Positions 51,651 to 64,000 of a DNA stretch of 64,000 nucleotides are shown one piece after another. The stretch is taken from contig CM059434.1 in NCBI GenBank assembly GCA_030390025.1, positions 43,834,001 to 43,898,000 on the forward strand, given 5' to 3'. Position 1 is the stretch's first letter. Each line of letters opens with the position of its first letter. Source of the DNA: Squalus acanthias. Taxonomy: Eukaryota. Under the pieces are notes generated by a model, which was not told the origin of the DNA, searched no databases, and saw nothing but the letters and a program-made list of their open reading frames with translations. Made by a program: the position numbers and the translations under genes.

Positions 51651-52060
51651 ATTAGCACTGGTGCCTCACAGCGCCAGGGACCCGGGTTCGAATCTGACCT
51701 CGGGTGACTGTCTGTGTGGAGTTTGCACATTCTCCCCGTGTCTGCGTGGGTTTCCTCCGGGTGCTCCGGTTTCCTCCCACAGTCCAAAAATGTGCGGGTT
51801 AGGTTGATTTGGCTATGATAAATTGACCCTTAGTGTTAGGGGGGGATTAAATATGTGGGGTTATGTGGATAGGATGGGATATGTTAGGGGGAATTAAATA
51901 CGTGGGGTTACGGGGGTAGTGTGGGATATGTGTACTGTGGGGATTAAAGCTGGGACAGGGTACTGGACTTGGATGATCAGCCATGATCGTATTGAATGGT
52001 GGAGCAGGCTCGACGGGCCGAATGGCCTACTCCTGCTCCTAGATTCTATGTTTCTATGTT
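51651..52060 (+). mobile_element. HE1-type V-SINE with CR1-like 3' tail
   Basis: tRNA-like gcctcacagcgccagggacccgggttcga; V-domain tgtgtggagtttgcacattctccccgtgtctgcgtgggtttcctccgggtgctccggtttcctccc; tail ending ttctatgtttctatgtt. Confidence 0.9.
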
Positions 52061-52224
52061 ACTTCCCTTGCTCCCACTGCAAATGGATGCACAAAGGAAA
52101 AATTAAAAAGAGTAAACTAAGCAGAAATTTAACTGAATTGTGCTAGATAGGCATTTAAATATTTTTGCATTAATCCTGTGCCTTAATGAGGCTCATTCAC
52201 AAAAGTGTGAAAACATTTTAGCTC

Positions 52225-53010
52225 ACTATAAATGGCAAGAGCTATAGAATATAAATGACAAGATCTATATAAAACCTGAGCAAGACCACAGTTGGAGTAC
52301 TGTGTGCAGTTTTGGGCTCCACCCTGTTAGGAAGTACATTGAGGCAATAGAGAGCGCACAGCACAGATTCACTAAGATGCTGCCTACTATGAGAAAATAT
52401 AAATATGAAGAAAGATTTGAAAAATTGGGGCTGTTTTTGTTAGACTACTTTATAAGATATAGGCGGACAGATTCTGGGTTGGAATGGAATTGGTTCCATT
52501 CTCGAAGGAAAAAGGTTGTTATTAATGGTCATGGTGTTGCTTGCAGACCAGTTATTAGTGGGGTCTGCAGGGATTGATGTTAGTGCCATTGCTCTTCACA
52601 ATCTTTATTAATGATGTGGCTGAAGGCATTGGGGAAAATGTCCTCTGTTCCTATATCCATAAGTTTGCAGTTGATATAAAGATTTGTGCAAGTGATAGAC
52701 TTAGAGAGTGGATCTTTTTACTTTAGAATAGCATAGATTTCAGTGAAATTTGATTGAAGTCTTTAAAACAATGAAGGGACTAAACCGTGTCCAGGTGGAT
52801 AGATTATTTTAATTAGGTAGGTTAGGGAGAACCAGGGGACATAATTACATAAGCATAGAACTAGGTTAGATGTCAGGAGGTTTTTCTTTCTGCAGACCTT
52901 TGGAACAAGTTACTGGCTCATGCAGTGAGTGCGATTCACTACAAGCGGTCAAAAGGGAGCTGGATGAATTCCTAGCCGTGGCTGATGTCACATCGGAGAA
53001 AAGGTAGACA
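52225..53010 (+). mobile_element. Old CR1 fragments in non-collinear order
   Basis: LEY..YEERFEKLGLF block precedes an RT-core block (SGV..G..L.PLLF..FIND..KFAVD) and then a 3'-end block. Confidence 0.65.
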
Positions 53011-55169
53011 GCGTATTGGAAATGGTTGCTTACAGTTGGTGTCTTGGACATCCAGCGTGAATTCTCACAATTTCAGGGTTATATGTTTTAGTAACCTATT
53101 TTAGATACATGTTATTGTCATCTATATGGTCTACTAATCTATTTTTTATACAAGTTGCCCATATGTTTCAGCTATATGGGAGGCTTGATTTGCCCTTTGA
53201 ATCCTCACATGTGGAAATAGAAAAAACTGAAGAAAAGAAAATGAAAATATCACTAATTTTAATTCTAATAAAATTAAGTGAACTATTTAAATAAAACAAA
53301 GTAAATAATCAAAGCACTTGCAGCTCAAAGTGACATGTTGAATCCGAACATTTCCCATATCTTTATAGAATATCAATATGTACCTACTGACAAGTTTTAC
53401 TAGAATTTGACTACAGGCCATCTATTGACTTATATGTAACATAAGAAAAAAAAATTAGTGTCAAAAAGAAAATGTGATTAGAAAATTTAAAATTTCTAAA
53501 TTAAAAACTTTGGAATAATCTTTATTTGGGGAACAGATACTCAGAACTAATAGCAACACACTGATACTTGTAGAAATAATAACTTTAAAAATTTTAACAA
53601 ACTATTCCAAAATGTGAGAATGGCTACTGCTATTTTGAAGCCACTGTCAATTGAGTCCTGTTTACATACAAGAATTTTTGGCATGCAAGCCAGAAATTCC
53701 ACGTAACAATGGCCCTTGAAAGACTGAGCATGCTCATCTTTTACTCGAGGAGGGAATGCACTAAAAAATGTCCTAATAAGGCCCTTCATTTTCTGATATT
53801 TAAATAGATTAAATCTGTAAGGAGGAGTAAATAAATCTGCCTTTATTATCAGCAGAACAATATTGATTATTGAGCATCCCAGACCCAAACATTAACATTA
53901 CAGAGCTCATAATGTCTGATATTTTGCTTTACGCCCATCACCATTTGTCTCCCTTAGATTTCAGCCTTCTTTCCTGTTTTGTTGTTGCTGCTGTTGTAAA
54001 TGTGCTTCATTTATTTATTTAGTGGCAAAATCACATAATACTCTACATATTTTATCATATTAATTAAATTTACAAAATATTCCTTCAGTATTTCATCCCA
54101 TTTCCTGTTGCAAAAAACTGAAATGTTAATCACCATCTGCCCTTGAGTACATGCCCTACAGCCAACCCTTATATTTTCTTACTGACCACTTAGGAAACTA
54201 AACAAGGATAAGGCACTTCGGGGAATGCAAGCAAATCCTAATTGAAAAATACTCTCTTTTTGTTGAATTAAACTATATTAAAATGGGGACTAATGAGAAC
54301 CGGCCTTTTATAATATTTTACCGTAAGATATTGCAGTTCCAAAAAAAGTAATTCTATTAAATGAGAAAAAAGCCAGACACATTTATGCAAAACTGCAGTT
54401 TAGGCTAAACAAATAAAAAAAGATGTTTTCTCACTTCCTTCCTCACTTAATAAGTAGGCCACTCAATTCTGCTGAAAAGGTTGCTACAGTTCCTGTTGTT
54501 ATTGTCTGCAAGACATGGTTTCAATAAAACATGAAATAAACAGAGACTTTCTGCATTGGACATACACAGATACTATATTGAAGACCCAGGCAGAAGGTGC
54601 ATTATAAACTATAGGCTCTTGACATACAAAACTGTAGGGCAGCTGCTTGATGTCTTACAAACAACTGATACGTTTCTTTTTTAAGAGAAACAAGAGAGTA
54701 AGGAGAGACTTTTGGTTTCTTAATCTGTCTTAGTAAAGACCTGCGTAGGTCGGTAAGATAATACAGCAGCATTTCCATTCTATCCAAAGACAAGGTCAGC
54801 AATCTTCAGTTTATTATTAGAATACTGTTAATTAAGCAATCTTCCAAGTATAATTATTCATGATCATATTTCCAAACAGTACTTCAGCTGGCTGAAAGAC
54901 ATTACCACCAAGCAAGCTGCAATACATATTTGGTACTTTAAAGTGTGGTGCAAATTTTGCACATTCCAAAATGATGACAGGGTTCTGAGGATACTGTGAA
55001 GGAATAATCAATTCTGAACTTTTATTCTACTTCTCTTCAGTGATATTCTTCCTTATAATTCACATAATGACCATCTTAAAAATAGCCTGTGATGAAAAAA
55101 TGTCTCTTGTGCATTCCAATCAAGAAAAACCATTCAGTATTTGTGAAGTTGCAGCTGACCTTTTTCTGA

Positions 55170-55810
55170 CATGGCAGAGGAAGAAACAAGGGGAAAAGGG
55201 CATAATGGAAAAAGGAAGAATAAATGAGAGGAAGAATTGAAAGAGAAAAAGCGAATGAGCAAAGAAAATAAGGAAAAGAAACACGAGAAACTAAATGTAC
55301 AGAATTAAAAGAGAGTGAATGAGAGAAATAAAACACAAAAAATTAAAGATACAGAATTTGAGAAAGAGAATGGGAGAGAGTGTGAGAAAAAGAATTAGAG
55401 GAAGATAGAATGAGTGAGAAAGAGAATATAAGAAAGAGTGGGAATTAGATAAAGAAAGATAAACAGGAAGAGAATGTGAGAAAGAAAGATTGAGAAAAAG
55501 AAAGCTAGCAAAGAGAGAATGCAAGACAGTGAGGGAGAATGAGAGCAAGATACAATGTAAGAGAGAAAGATAAACACTAAGAGAAAGTGTGAGAAAGAAA
55601 AATATACAGGGAGAGAGAAAAGAACAAGGCAGAGAAAATGTGAGGAAGAAAAAGGAAGGCAAAGGAGACTGTAAGAGAGAAATTTGAGAGAAATAGTGAA
55701 ACTGTGAGAAAGAGACAGAGATAATGAGAAACACAAGATGAGAAAATGAGAGAGGGAATTTGAGGCAGAAAAGGGAACCAAAAAAAAGAAATAAAATTAA
55801 GAAAATTGAA
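55170..55810. repeat. Purine-rich (GA) low-complexity tract
   Basis: About 640 bp dominated by A and G on the plus strand; produces spurious F/L/S-rich minus ORFs. Confidence 0.9.
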
Positions 55811-56479
55811 ATTGTGATTTAAATAGTATCTCTCAAATGAACCAGTTAGGATTTAGTATGGTAAATAGTCAGTATCAGCTGACTGAATAAAAATCATACT
55901 TTTATAAACAAAATAAAAAGGCTTTGTTTAACCTTCCAGATACAGCTATGTCAAATCATTTTAGAAGCATTTTTTTTCAGTGAACATAAATTTTAATAGG
56001 CAATAAAGCATCCAAGTCCTGTTTGATGCTGAACTTGACTTAGCAATTTCATGTGTCCTTCTAGGGGAAACTAATTCCCCTCAGACTAGCTTTGTCTCAT
56101 TGTAATAAACATTATGTAGCAACGTCCAGTCCTCAGCTGCAATACAGTACCAACATTTTAGTCCAATTTCTTTAAGCAGCTTCCAATAATCTGACAGAAT
56201 GTACTCATTATATGCATTTCTTTTTCTCTGTTTGATTCACCAGAACTTGACTGCAATAAATATGAACAGATTAATAAGTTACAACTAGGGCTAAGCTAAC
56301 ATGTACTTGAAATAAATCTACTTTACAGTGAGATTGCAGGTCTAATAGAATCTAAATGAGCCGATTCCAGATGTCAAATCGCTAATCTGAACTAAAGTTT
56401 GGAAGTATTACAACAAACCAAAGTAATGCTTGTTGTGATTACTACTTTTGTAAAGTTTTTCCCGTCACTCTTGAAGGTG

Positions 56480-56825
56480 TTGATTCAAGCTAGGGTACAC
56501 TTTGATGGGCACCATTGCCTTCTAGCACCTCACCCAAGTAACTATTCATCATGTGTGAGCCTAACTGGGCTTCTTAGCTTCACACCTGAGCCTAATCTTG
56601 TCTTCACCTGGCATCTAACAGAAAATAGATAGTCATTAGGAGCTGAAACCCTGGTTGATTCGTTTTCTGTCTAGCTCAGGGGCATTGAGACCAAGTATAG
56701 CAACTCCGACTGTTGCCCCAGCTAAGATCAGCCTAGTATACACTGGGGACTGAAACTGGGGTTTTTTGGTCTGCATGGTTCAGTTCTACATTGGGCAGTG
56801 TATTTACCAATTGAGCAATTAGGAG
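56480..56825 (-). mobile_element. Old SINE family A, near full length
   Basis: cacctcacccaagta..catgtgtgagccta...ccctggttgatt...gatcagc...gcagtgtatttaccaattgagc. Confidence 0.65.
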
Positions 56826-59800
56826 AGCCTTGGTTGCTACTTTTGTAGTGCTCATGGCTACTTTTGTAGTGAACTAACCAGCAATATATAATCTGGATAT
56901 AATTTGCAAATGTAAACCAGACACCTTGTTCTTCAAACCAACTGAACTCCAAAGACCAAGAACAACCAAATTGCTTCAATCCTTAAACCTGCATTGCTCC
57001 CAATTCTTGACAATCATGTTAAGAAACCTTAATGTGTTAGTGCACCCCTCCTGAAAGCACTGCACAATCAAAATGTGCAATGGCTTTGTAAAATGTGAAT
57101 GTAAACTCTTGAAAATACAAATTAATTTTTTTTTAATAATCAACTTCTACTTTTCCCAAATGACTAACAATCTTGGGCAAAACCCCCAAATTTGCTGTAT
57201 ATTGTGTATATATATATACACACTGATTATGTAGAAAGCACCTTCTTCTGAGTGGAAATAAAACTATCCATGGAACTAGTTCTTTGCTAGTATAAATGTC
57301 TCTTACCTTTCAGTCTTATTTCCAATTATACCTAATTAATTTTGATTGTTCTTATTCGGAAATGAAGTTGAATTTGTATCGTGAGAGTTCACTGGGGTAG
57401 TGTCATGTTGCCTTTACCAAAGCGTTTCAGGATAATGCTGACTATAAGCACAGAAGCTTCCTGTTTAGGCCCAACTCTAAGTCGCTATTGGTAGGGAGGA
57501 ATATTTCTGCAAAATAAATTTTCAGCTGCACACATTTCCAAAGATTCATCCCATAATATCACATCAGTTAGTGATACAGAAGCAAATTACTAAAAGTATT
57601 ATTAATGAAGAACAACAATAATAGTTGCAAAGCAATAAACAATCCAGTAATTCATTGCAAAACTTTCAAGACATCGATACCCTTCCATCATCATATGACT
57701 GATGGATTTGCTTATGACATATAGCTTGTAATCCACACTCACACATTGCTTCTGAGAGTGTTTTTCTAAAGAACTCTATCAGCCTATCAGTAAATTACTG
57801 TTAATTTCCAAACAGATTGAACAGACATAAAGCAATACTGAAAAGAACCTATGAAATAGGAGAGAGTTAAAGACTGTAACACAATCTCTTGGTTGAGGTA
57901 ACTTATACAAATCACTTGAGCTTTGCCTTTGCTCTTTACAATGTCATCTGAACCCCTTGGCTGTTTCATTCCCTGCTAACTTATTGCTACTTTGTCCATT
58001 GCTCAAAATACCGACACTTGTAAAAATATGAGAGAATTTGAAAATGGAGGCCCGCAGTATGGAAGGTTTCAAGCTAAATGCAATTGACTTTTTCAGGTTC
58101 TTGTTGTCCATTTCAAATAATTAGTTGAGCAACTAGAAAAGCTTCTGTGAAGAATGACAAGCTTGTGTAAGTACTATCCAATGCCGAACTACACGGTAAC
58201 AAAAATTGTAATAATAATTACATTAATCTTCTCAAACTTTCAAAAAACATTGTGGGGGGAGAAAAAAAATCAACATTTGCTCATCTATGATGAAGTTACT
58301 TCACAATAGAGAATAGAACATACATCAAGTGTTTTCAAATCCCTCATAATCATAGTCTAATTGAATGCAAGACAAAAAGGTCTAATTGCAAGGGAGCAAT
58401 CTGAATGCAATAGGCTAGACTCAGCCAGCTTAGCACAATACAAGGAAAACAAAATTCTCTCTGTACAACAGAATCTGATCTCTCATTTTCAGGCAATTAC
58501 CCTTTTCTTGTCAACAGTTTTAATAACCTCCATCATCTCTGAAAAGACTTTAGTTCAGTTAAATAATTTCAGGCCTCTTTAATATGCAAATGTGGTTCAT
58601 ATGCATGGGTGAAGTGCCTGCACTATTTGACATGTGTCAGTACTTTGTGGAGCACCTGCACCTCAGGGAATTCTGATTTCAATGACGCCAAATATCCATC
58701 ATTATTCCACTTAATGAATACAACTAATAGTCACCTGTAGGTTTTCGTTTAGGTGGTGCCCAGATCACCAATAGCAACTGTGCACATTGCCTATAAATAG
58801 ACAAGGCTTACATAGTAAACCCATCATATGTAATGGTAGAGTGAATTTGACACTGGGATGTAAGTCAAATTTAGCGCTACACAATGCTTAACTATACTTT
58901 AGAAATTGTTCTATTCTAGAGTCCCTTTCAAGTGTCAATAAAAAAAATGATCTACAGTTCAAAGTGAAACATTACTAAGAATTTTGTGTCACACAATTTT
59001 GTACTTTTTCCATAATGTGAAGCATTTAATGTAAGCTGCTGCAGTTCGGTAAATGGTAGAAATAACAAAACAGGTAAGGTAATATTAAGCAAAAAAGACC
59101 CTTCAGTTAAAGTTAACAAGAGTAAGTACAATGGATGTAGACAGAAACCATTTGCGATTTTCAATTTCTATTGACTTAAGAGAAATATTTACTTACCAGG
59201 TATTCATTTAAGTGGGGCTGACTGTAGCTCCAATACTGCCTGCCCTATACTTACACCAGATGGTTTTCATAAAGGCTGCCATATAACTTTACATGATATA
59301 TTTCATCCTCAATGATAACAAGAACTTTTTAGCATAAATCACTTCCACAAGGGTGCCCTTATTTTGAGTGCAATAATGATGTGATCTTTCAGGAACAGCT
59401 TAAGATGTCAGTGTTAGGACAGGAGACGTAAAGACATGGATCAGAGCACAAATACAGGCTTATTCGAACTTGGGCTCTTTAGGAGAAATGAGTTATGCTT
59501 AGGTATGTGCTTGAGGATTTTTTCTTTCAATATTGAGATAGAAACTGGGAATTGAGCTCCGTTTGTCCCTTGTCATTAAAGTGGAGAAGGGAATTGTAGC
59601 TTTTAAGCATTCAGATTTGGTTTAAACTTAATGGGAGGCTATTTGCCCACCTTTAAAGAGGTCCAGTGTTCAGGGCTGGACAAAGGCTTACTGAACAGTT
59701 AGGAATAATAACATTTCATACATCATACCAATAAAATTGTTGAGTTTTAGTAATTACCACTGCCTGAAAACTGGCTATGGTGTTCTGCTGGCTAGTTTCC

Positions 59801-60561
59801 ATTTTTTCAGGTACTTGAGCTGGGGAGGAGGGTTGGTAACTCTTGAAAAACTATATATTAGAAGTGCTTAGATTTTACTGTCTAGATGGCAGAGAGTTTC
59901 AACAGAAAAACTCCAGATACATTTTAACATGGCATTGTACTCTTATTGGAGTGAAGACCAGACTTGTAGGCATTCAATCCTCAGTCAAAAAATAACACAG
60001 ATGAATAATGATAAATTGATCAAGATAGTGAGATATTAACAAAACAATTGCCCAGTGTCATGCTCCACTGTAAAACAAAATGTAGTGAAGAGTGCCGATT
60101 GGAATCATTGTGACAAAAACAAAATGGGAAAAATAAAGAGATTCCATTTCCATTGAAAAAAGTGGGAAATAGACCCTTTGTTAGTTGCATTATGGGCTGC
60201 ATGCTAATGTCACCAGAATGATAGTCATCCTCAAACTAATGTTGTGCAGTGCAAATTCACTTTGTTTAGGTTCTAGATAGCAAAGAAGTTCAGTAGATTG
60301 GTTACTGATGGATTTGCTTATGGCAGATAGCTTGTAACCAGCAAGCCCACCTTTTGGATAGAATGCATGGATCGTTTATGTTTTGGGATTTTTGACCCTT
60401 TTTCCACAGTAATAAAAAGAGTTACTTTTAAATATTGTGTTTTTAAAGCAAAGTTTATTCACACAAGTTTAGGAAAGATATGCCTAAACAGAAAAGTGGT
60501 TTATATGCTAATAGAGATTGCTTTTCCCAAAGACTATAAGCAATATAGACTATAAGCCATC

Positions 60562-61745
60562 AGAATGATACCAGGACGAAGAGGGTTAAATTATGAGGAT
60601 AGATTGCCTAAACTTGGTTTGTATTCCCTTGCATTTCGAAGGTTAAGGAGTGATCTAATCGAGGTGTTTAAAATGTTAAAAGGATTCGATAGGGTAGATA
60701 CAGAGAAACTATTTCTTCTGTTGGGTGAATCAAAAATAAGGGGACATAATGGCCCAGATATTCCGATTGTAGGCCTCCCGCGGGTGGAGGGCTGCGATCT
60801 GGAAAAATCTGCGCCAAGACCGGAGGGCTCCCGGGAGGCGCAGAGTTCCACTGCTGGGCCTCTCCAAACTGCTGGTGTGCAGGGTCCACGTATCCCATAA
60901 GCGCAGGCGGTTCGCAGCGTCCCTGGGATCACGTGGGCCATGGGGAGCCAATCAGAGGAGGGAATCTCCCTTCATACATTTGACAGGAAGACCTGTCAAA
61001 TATATGAATAGAGATCACCCCCAAAACATAGTAAAACTTTAAATAAATAAAAAAAAATCACATTTTAAAAATGCCTTTAAATTACAATAAATTAAGTATT
61101 TTAAACAAAAATTTTATTTTTTGAAAAAAATAATTAAAGTTTTTAACGGGGCTAAAAATAAACTTACCTTTCTTTAAAGTATTTTTAAATGATAAATCAG
61201 TGGAAACATTTTTTTTTTACTTTTTTCAACTCTTATCCTGGTAAAAGCAGGCCTTACGCCTGCTTTTACCAGGCGCAAGAATTGTAAGGGTTTTCTGCGG
61301 GCGGAGGGTCTCCAAAAAGCGGAACTCTCTGCCCACAGAGGCCCTTCTCCCGGGCAGCCAGAGGATCTGTCAAGAGCTTGCATGCCGGCAACCGGCATTT
61401 CCGATGTCCCTACGGGTGAGTACACAGCGCGTACACACCCGTAGGGATCGGAATTTCTGCACCAATCTTAAATTAGAGCTGGGCCATTTATGAAGGAAAT
61501 CAGTTAGCCCTTTTTCCACACAACGGGTAGTAAAAATTTGGAATTCTCTCCCCCAAAAGGCTGTGGATGCTGGGGAAATTAGATCTTTCAAGACTGAGAG
61601 TGATAGATTTTTGTTAGGTAAAGGTATCAAGGGATATGGAGATAAGGCAAGTAAATGGAGTGGAGGCACAGACCAGCCATGATCTAACTGAATGGCAGAG
61701 TGAGCTAGTGGGGCTGAATTGACTACTCCTGTTCCTATGTTCCTA
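60562..61745 (+). mobile_element. CR1 3' end split by a MITE
   Basis: LGLYSL..RRLRSDLIEVFK...RGHN | LKL...TQRVVKIWNSLP; tail ctcctgttcctatgttccta. Confidence 0.9.
60751..61463. mobile_element. Complete MITE, PIF/Harbinger-type
   Basis: 17-bp TIRs GGCCCAGATATTCCGAT and ATCGGAATTTCTGCACC (3 mismatches); 3-bp TSD AAT at 60748-60750 and 61464-61466. Confidence 0.85.
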
Positions 61746-62224
61746 ATAAACAATTTGTTAGCTTGTCATGGTAATTCGGGAGTGACTAGTAACACTATAT
61801 GAGAGGCAATCAAAGGCAAGACCCAAAACTTTAACAATCTCTAAGGATGTACCAATATCAATCTGGTTAGAATTAGATGTTATTCAAGCAAAGCAGTTGA
61901 GTATTTGGCCATTGATAATTAAGCATTGATCAAACACTTCCTCAAAAAAGCTAAAAATGTAAGCCTGGCCTTAGGCTTCAACAATACTTTTAAAACTAGT
62001 TAGTCTTTACAATGCATGACCTAGAAAATGTAAGCTTGCAGTCTGGGCAACACTGCATGACATTAGAGGCAATAGCCGGTTTCCTTGACAACATAACAGT
62101 CTTGAATTTCCTCCGTACTTAGGCCCAGAGACATGTGTAACCTGGGCCCAAACCAATTATGTGGCTTAAAAGATCACGGAATTTTGGGTGTAAGCGAGTT
62201 ACGTGCGTAACTACAATATGCCCA

Positions 62225-62346
62225 TACACGGACTGCAGCGGTTCAAGAAGGCGGCTCACCACCACCTTCTCAACTGCAATTAGGGATGGGCAATAAATGC
62301 TGGCCTTGCCAGTGACACCCACATCCCATGAACAAATAAAAAAAAA
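62225..62346 (+). mobile_element. Short 3' end of the same CR1-group LINE as 43340-47722
   Basis: Highly similar to about 47603-47722 (gactgcagyggttcaagaaggcggctca...aataaaaaaa). Confidence 0.9.
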
Positions 62347-63169
62347 CGCCCAAATCTCCTCGATCTTTTATAGCCATGTATTGATCCCTCCGCTGGAATG
62401 CATCTCCGCCCATAAAACTGGCCACGCCCCCAAGCTACAGAGCCTCGGATAAGAGTTTCCTACAATTGCGTTTGCTCAGAGGCTCTCATCAAATTACAAC
62501 CAGATTTTCAGACGTAGCACAAAACAAAGTAATTTTTCTGATGTTTTATTACAACTTTGAGTGTTTTTTAAAAATTATCCTCATTGAGACCTGCACTGTA
62601 TTTTCTGTTTCTTTTCATGGATTTTTATGGTTTAAACAAAAGTCACATTAAAAATTGAAATCCTTCCCCCACTGCAGGTACTTAAACATGTGTGCCTAAT
62701 GTGGATGAATGATGGTTAAATGAGTTGAAAGTTTAGTTTTCATACTTAAAGAAGGTTTGAGTTCGACGCTTTCCTTGGTCCTTCATTATTTGCATTGATC
62801 TATGCCCATTTTTACATTTGGGCGTATTCTAATAAGATTGGCTGGAAATTTGAGCATAACTTGATATCGGCAGAATGGACGCATTCTTGGATCTAACTTC
62901 TGGGTTATGACAACGGAGGAAATTCCAGGCCAATATTTATAAGTATCCAAAGGCTCTTCTAGTGCTCTTCCATTTTCACACCATCAAACACTGAGGGGCT
63001 TAGCGCAAGACCTAAAGTATGAAATTAAAATTTCCCCACCAGGAATTAGTCAAATTCATGTTTTTCTTCTTAATTGAGAGAAATCTAAGAATGACCAAGC
63101 CCTATAATGCAAGGCACCACCAAGGTTGGAAAGTGTAGGAGAGAAAAAATACATCAAATTTTATTGGTT

Positions 63170-63430
63170 AAATAATGGAAAGTTATGGCTTTAAAAGCCT
63201 ATAGATTGTATGAGCGTTGAAAGAGTTTTCACAGTTTTAATAATCCTGGGAAAGAATGAGTTGGAGTAGAATAAGTCTTGATTCAATAAGAATGCAAAGA
63301 GGAAAAGCAAATGGAATGGCAAGTTTGAAACTTAAGAGAAACAAGAGAGGAAAGTCCTGAATGGAATGACCACGATAGTATCAGTAAAATAAAGATTGCG
63401 ATATATAGAAAGAAAGTGGTTGGGGGCTAG
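63170..63430 (-). mobile_element. Second decayed copy of the ancient LINE 3' region seen at 190-500
   Basis: Shared blocks tttaaaagcctatagatt, gggaaagaatga and aatgaccacrrtagtatc in the same order. Confidence 0.55.
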
Positions 63431-64000
63431 AGATAATAGAAGGATTCCCCATCAGTTTTTACATAGGTTTGCACTAGTCCCTTCTCTTTTAGGAATATAG
63501 CTCTGACACTTCACCATCCTAGATCTCCAGGCAAGAGACTAATTGAGTAAACTTACAAATTCCCCTCCAAGTTCCAGCACAATGTTGTTCCCTAGACTGG
63601 TACTGGTAAGAAGTAAGGGATCACATAAAATTTTGCATAAGTGCAGTAGATGCCACTGTTTATTGAAGCCCGACATACCCAAAGTCTGAACTAAAGAGCT
63701 TACTTAAGGCATCATACCAAAAGGGATGCATTCTGTGTCATTTGGATTTAACCGTGTAACTTTAGAACAATATAATATCCGAGCAAGGCATAGTATGCTT
63801 TCTGGGGCCTTAATGTCCTATTGTATGAAACATATTTTAAGAATTTATTGGACTTTTAGTTTGTGTCATAAAGATTTACTTTGCCAATATTAAATGTACC
63901 ATAAAGTTTTATCTTTCTTACATTTTATAATCTGTCCTTTCAGCCATATGTGCATGGAATTTAGAGTTTGCAGGCAATAACTAACTCTTAAAGCATTAGT

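Noticed and set aside
51651-51700. tRNA gene
   Set aside because: Truncated tRNA-like head of a V-SINE with no complete cloverleaf.
55291-55781. Hydrophobic F/L/S-rich ORFs
   Set aside because: Artefact of the GA-rich low-complexity tract.

Overview
Eukaryotic, repeat-rich vertebrate DNA. The repeat set (HE1-type V-SINE, DeuSINE, shark-type CR1 and Penelope elements) points to a cartilaginous fish (shark or ray). The only host coding sequence I can support is one 90-nt exon on the minus strand (13285-13374), missed by the ORF track. It encodes (E)[29 protein letters not shown](G), a SoxD segment closest to SOX6, so the whole window is most likely two very long SOX6 introns. The long ORFs I can identify are retroelement fragments or chimeras. 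The introns hold CR1, CR1-group, L2 and RTE LINE pieces, a Penelope-like element ending in two hammerhead-ribozyme motifs, and a 185-bp near-perfect palindrome built from a Penelope-type hammerhead repeat. They also hold three decayed two-gene PIF/Harbinger transposons, many short inverted-repeat MITEs, about 15 copies of an old tRNA-headed SINE and several unique blocks that may be conserved enhancers. I found no convincing new multi-gene system. The best leads are a candidate hairpin-masked 6-nt microexon or recursive splice site, the ribozyme motifs and an isolated 34-bp repeat. All calls are by eye and family names come from recalled consensus motifs; repeat boundaries are approximate unless a TSD or TIR is quoted.
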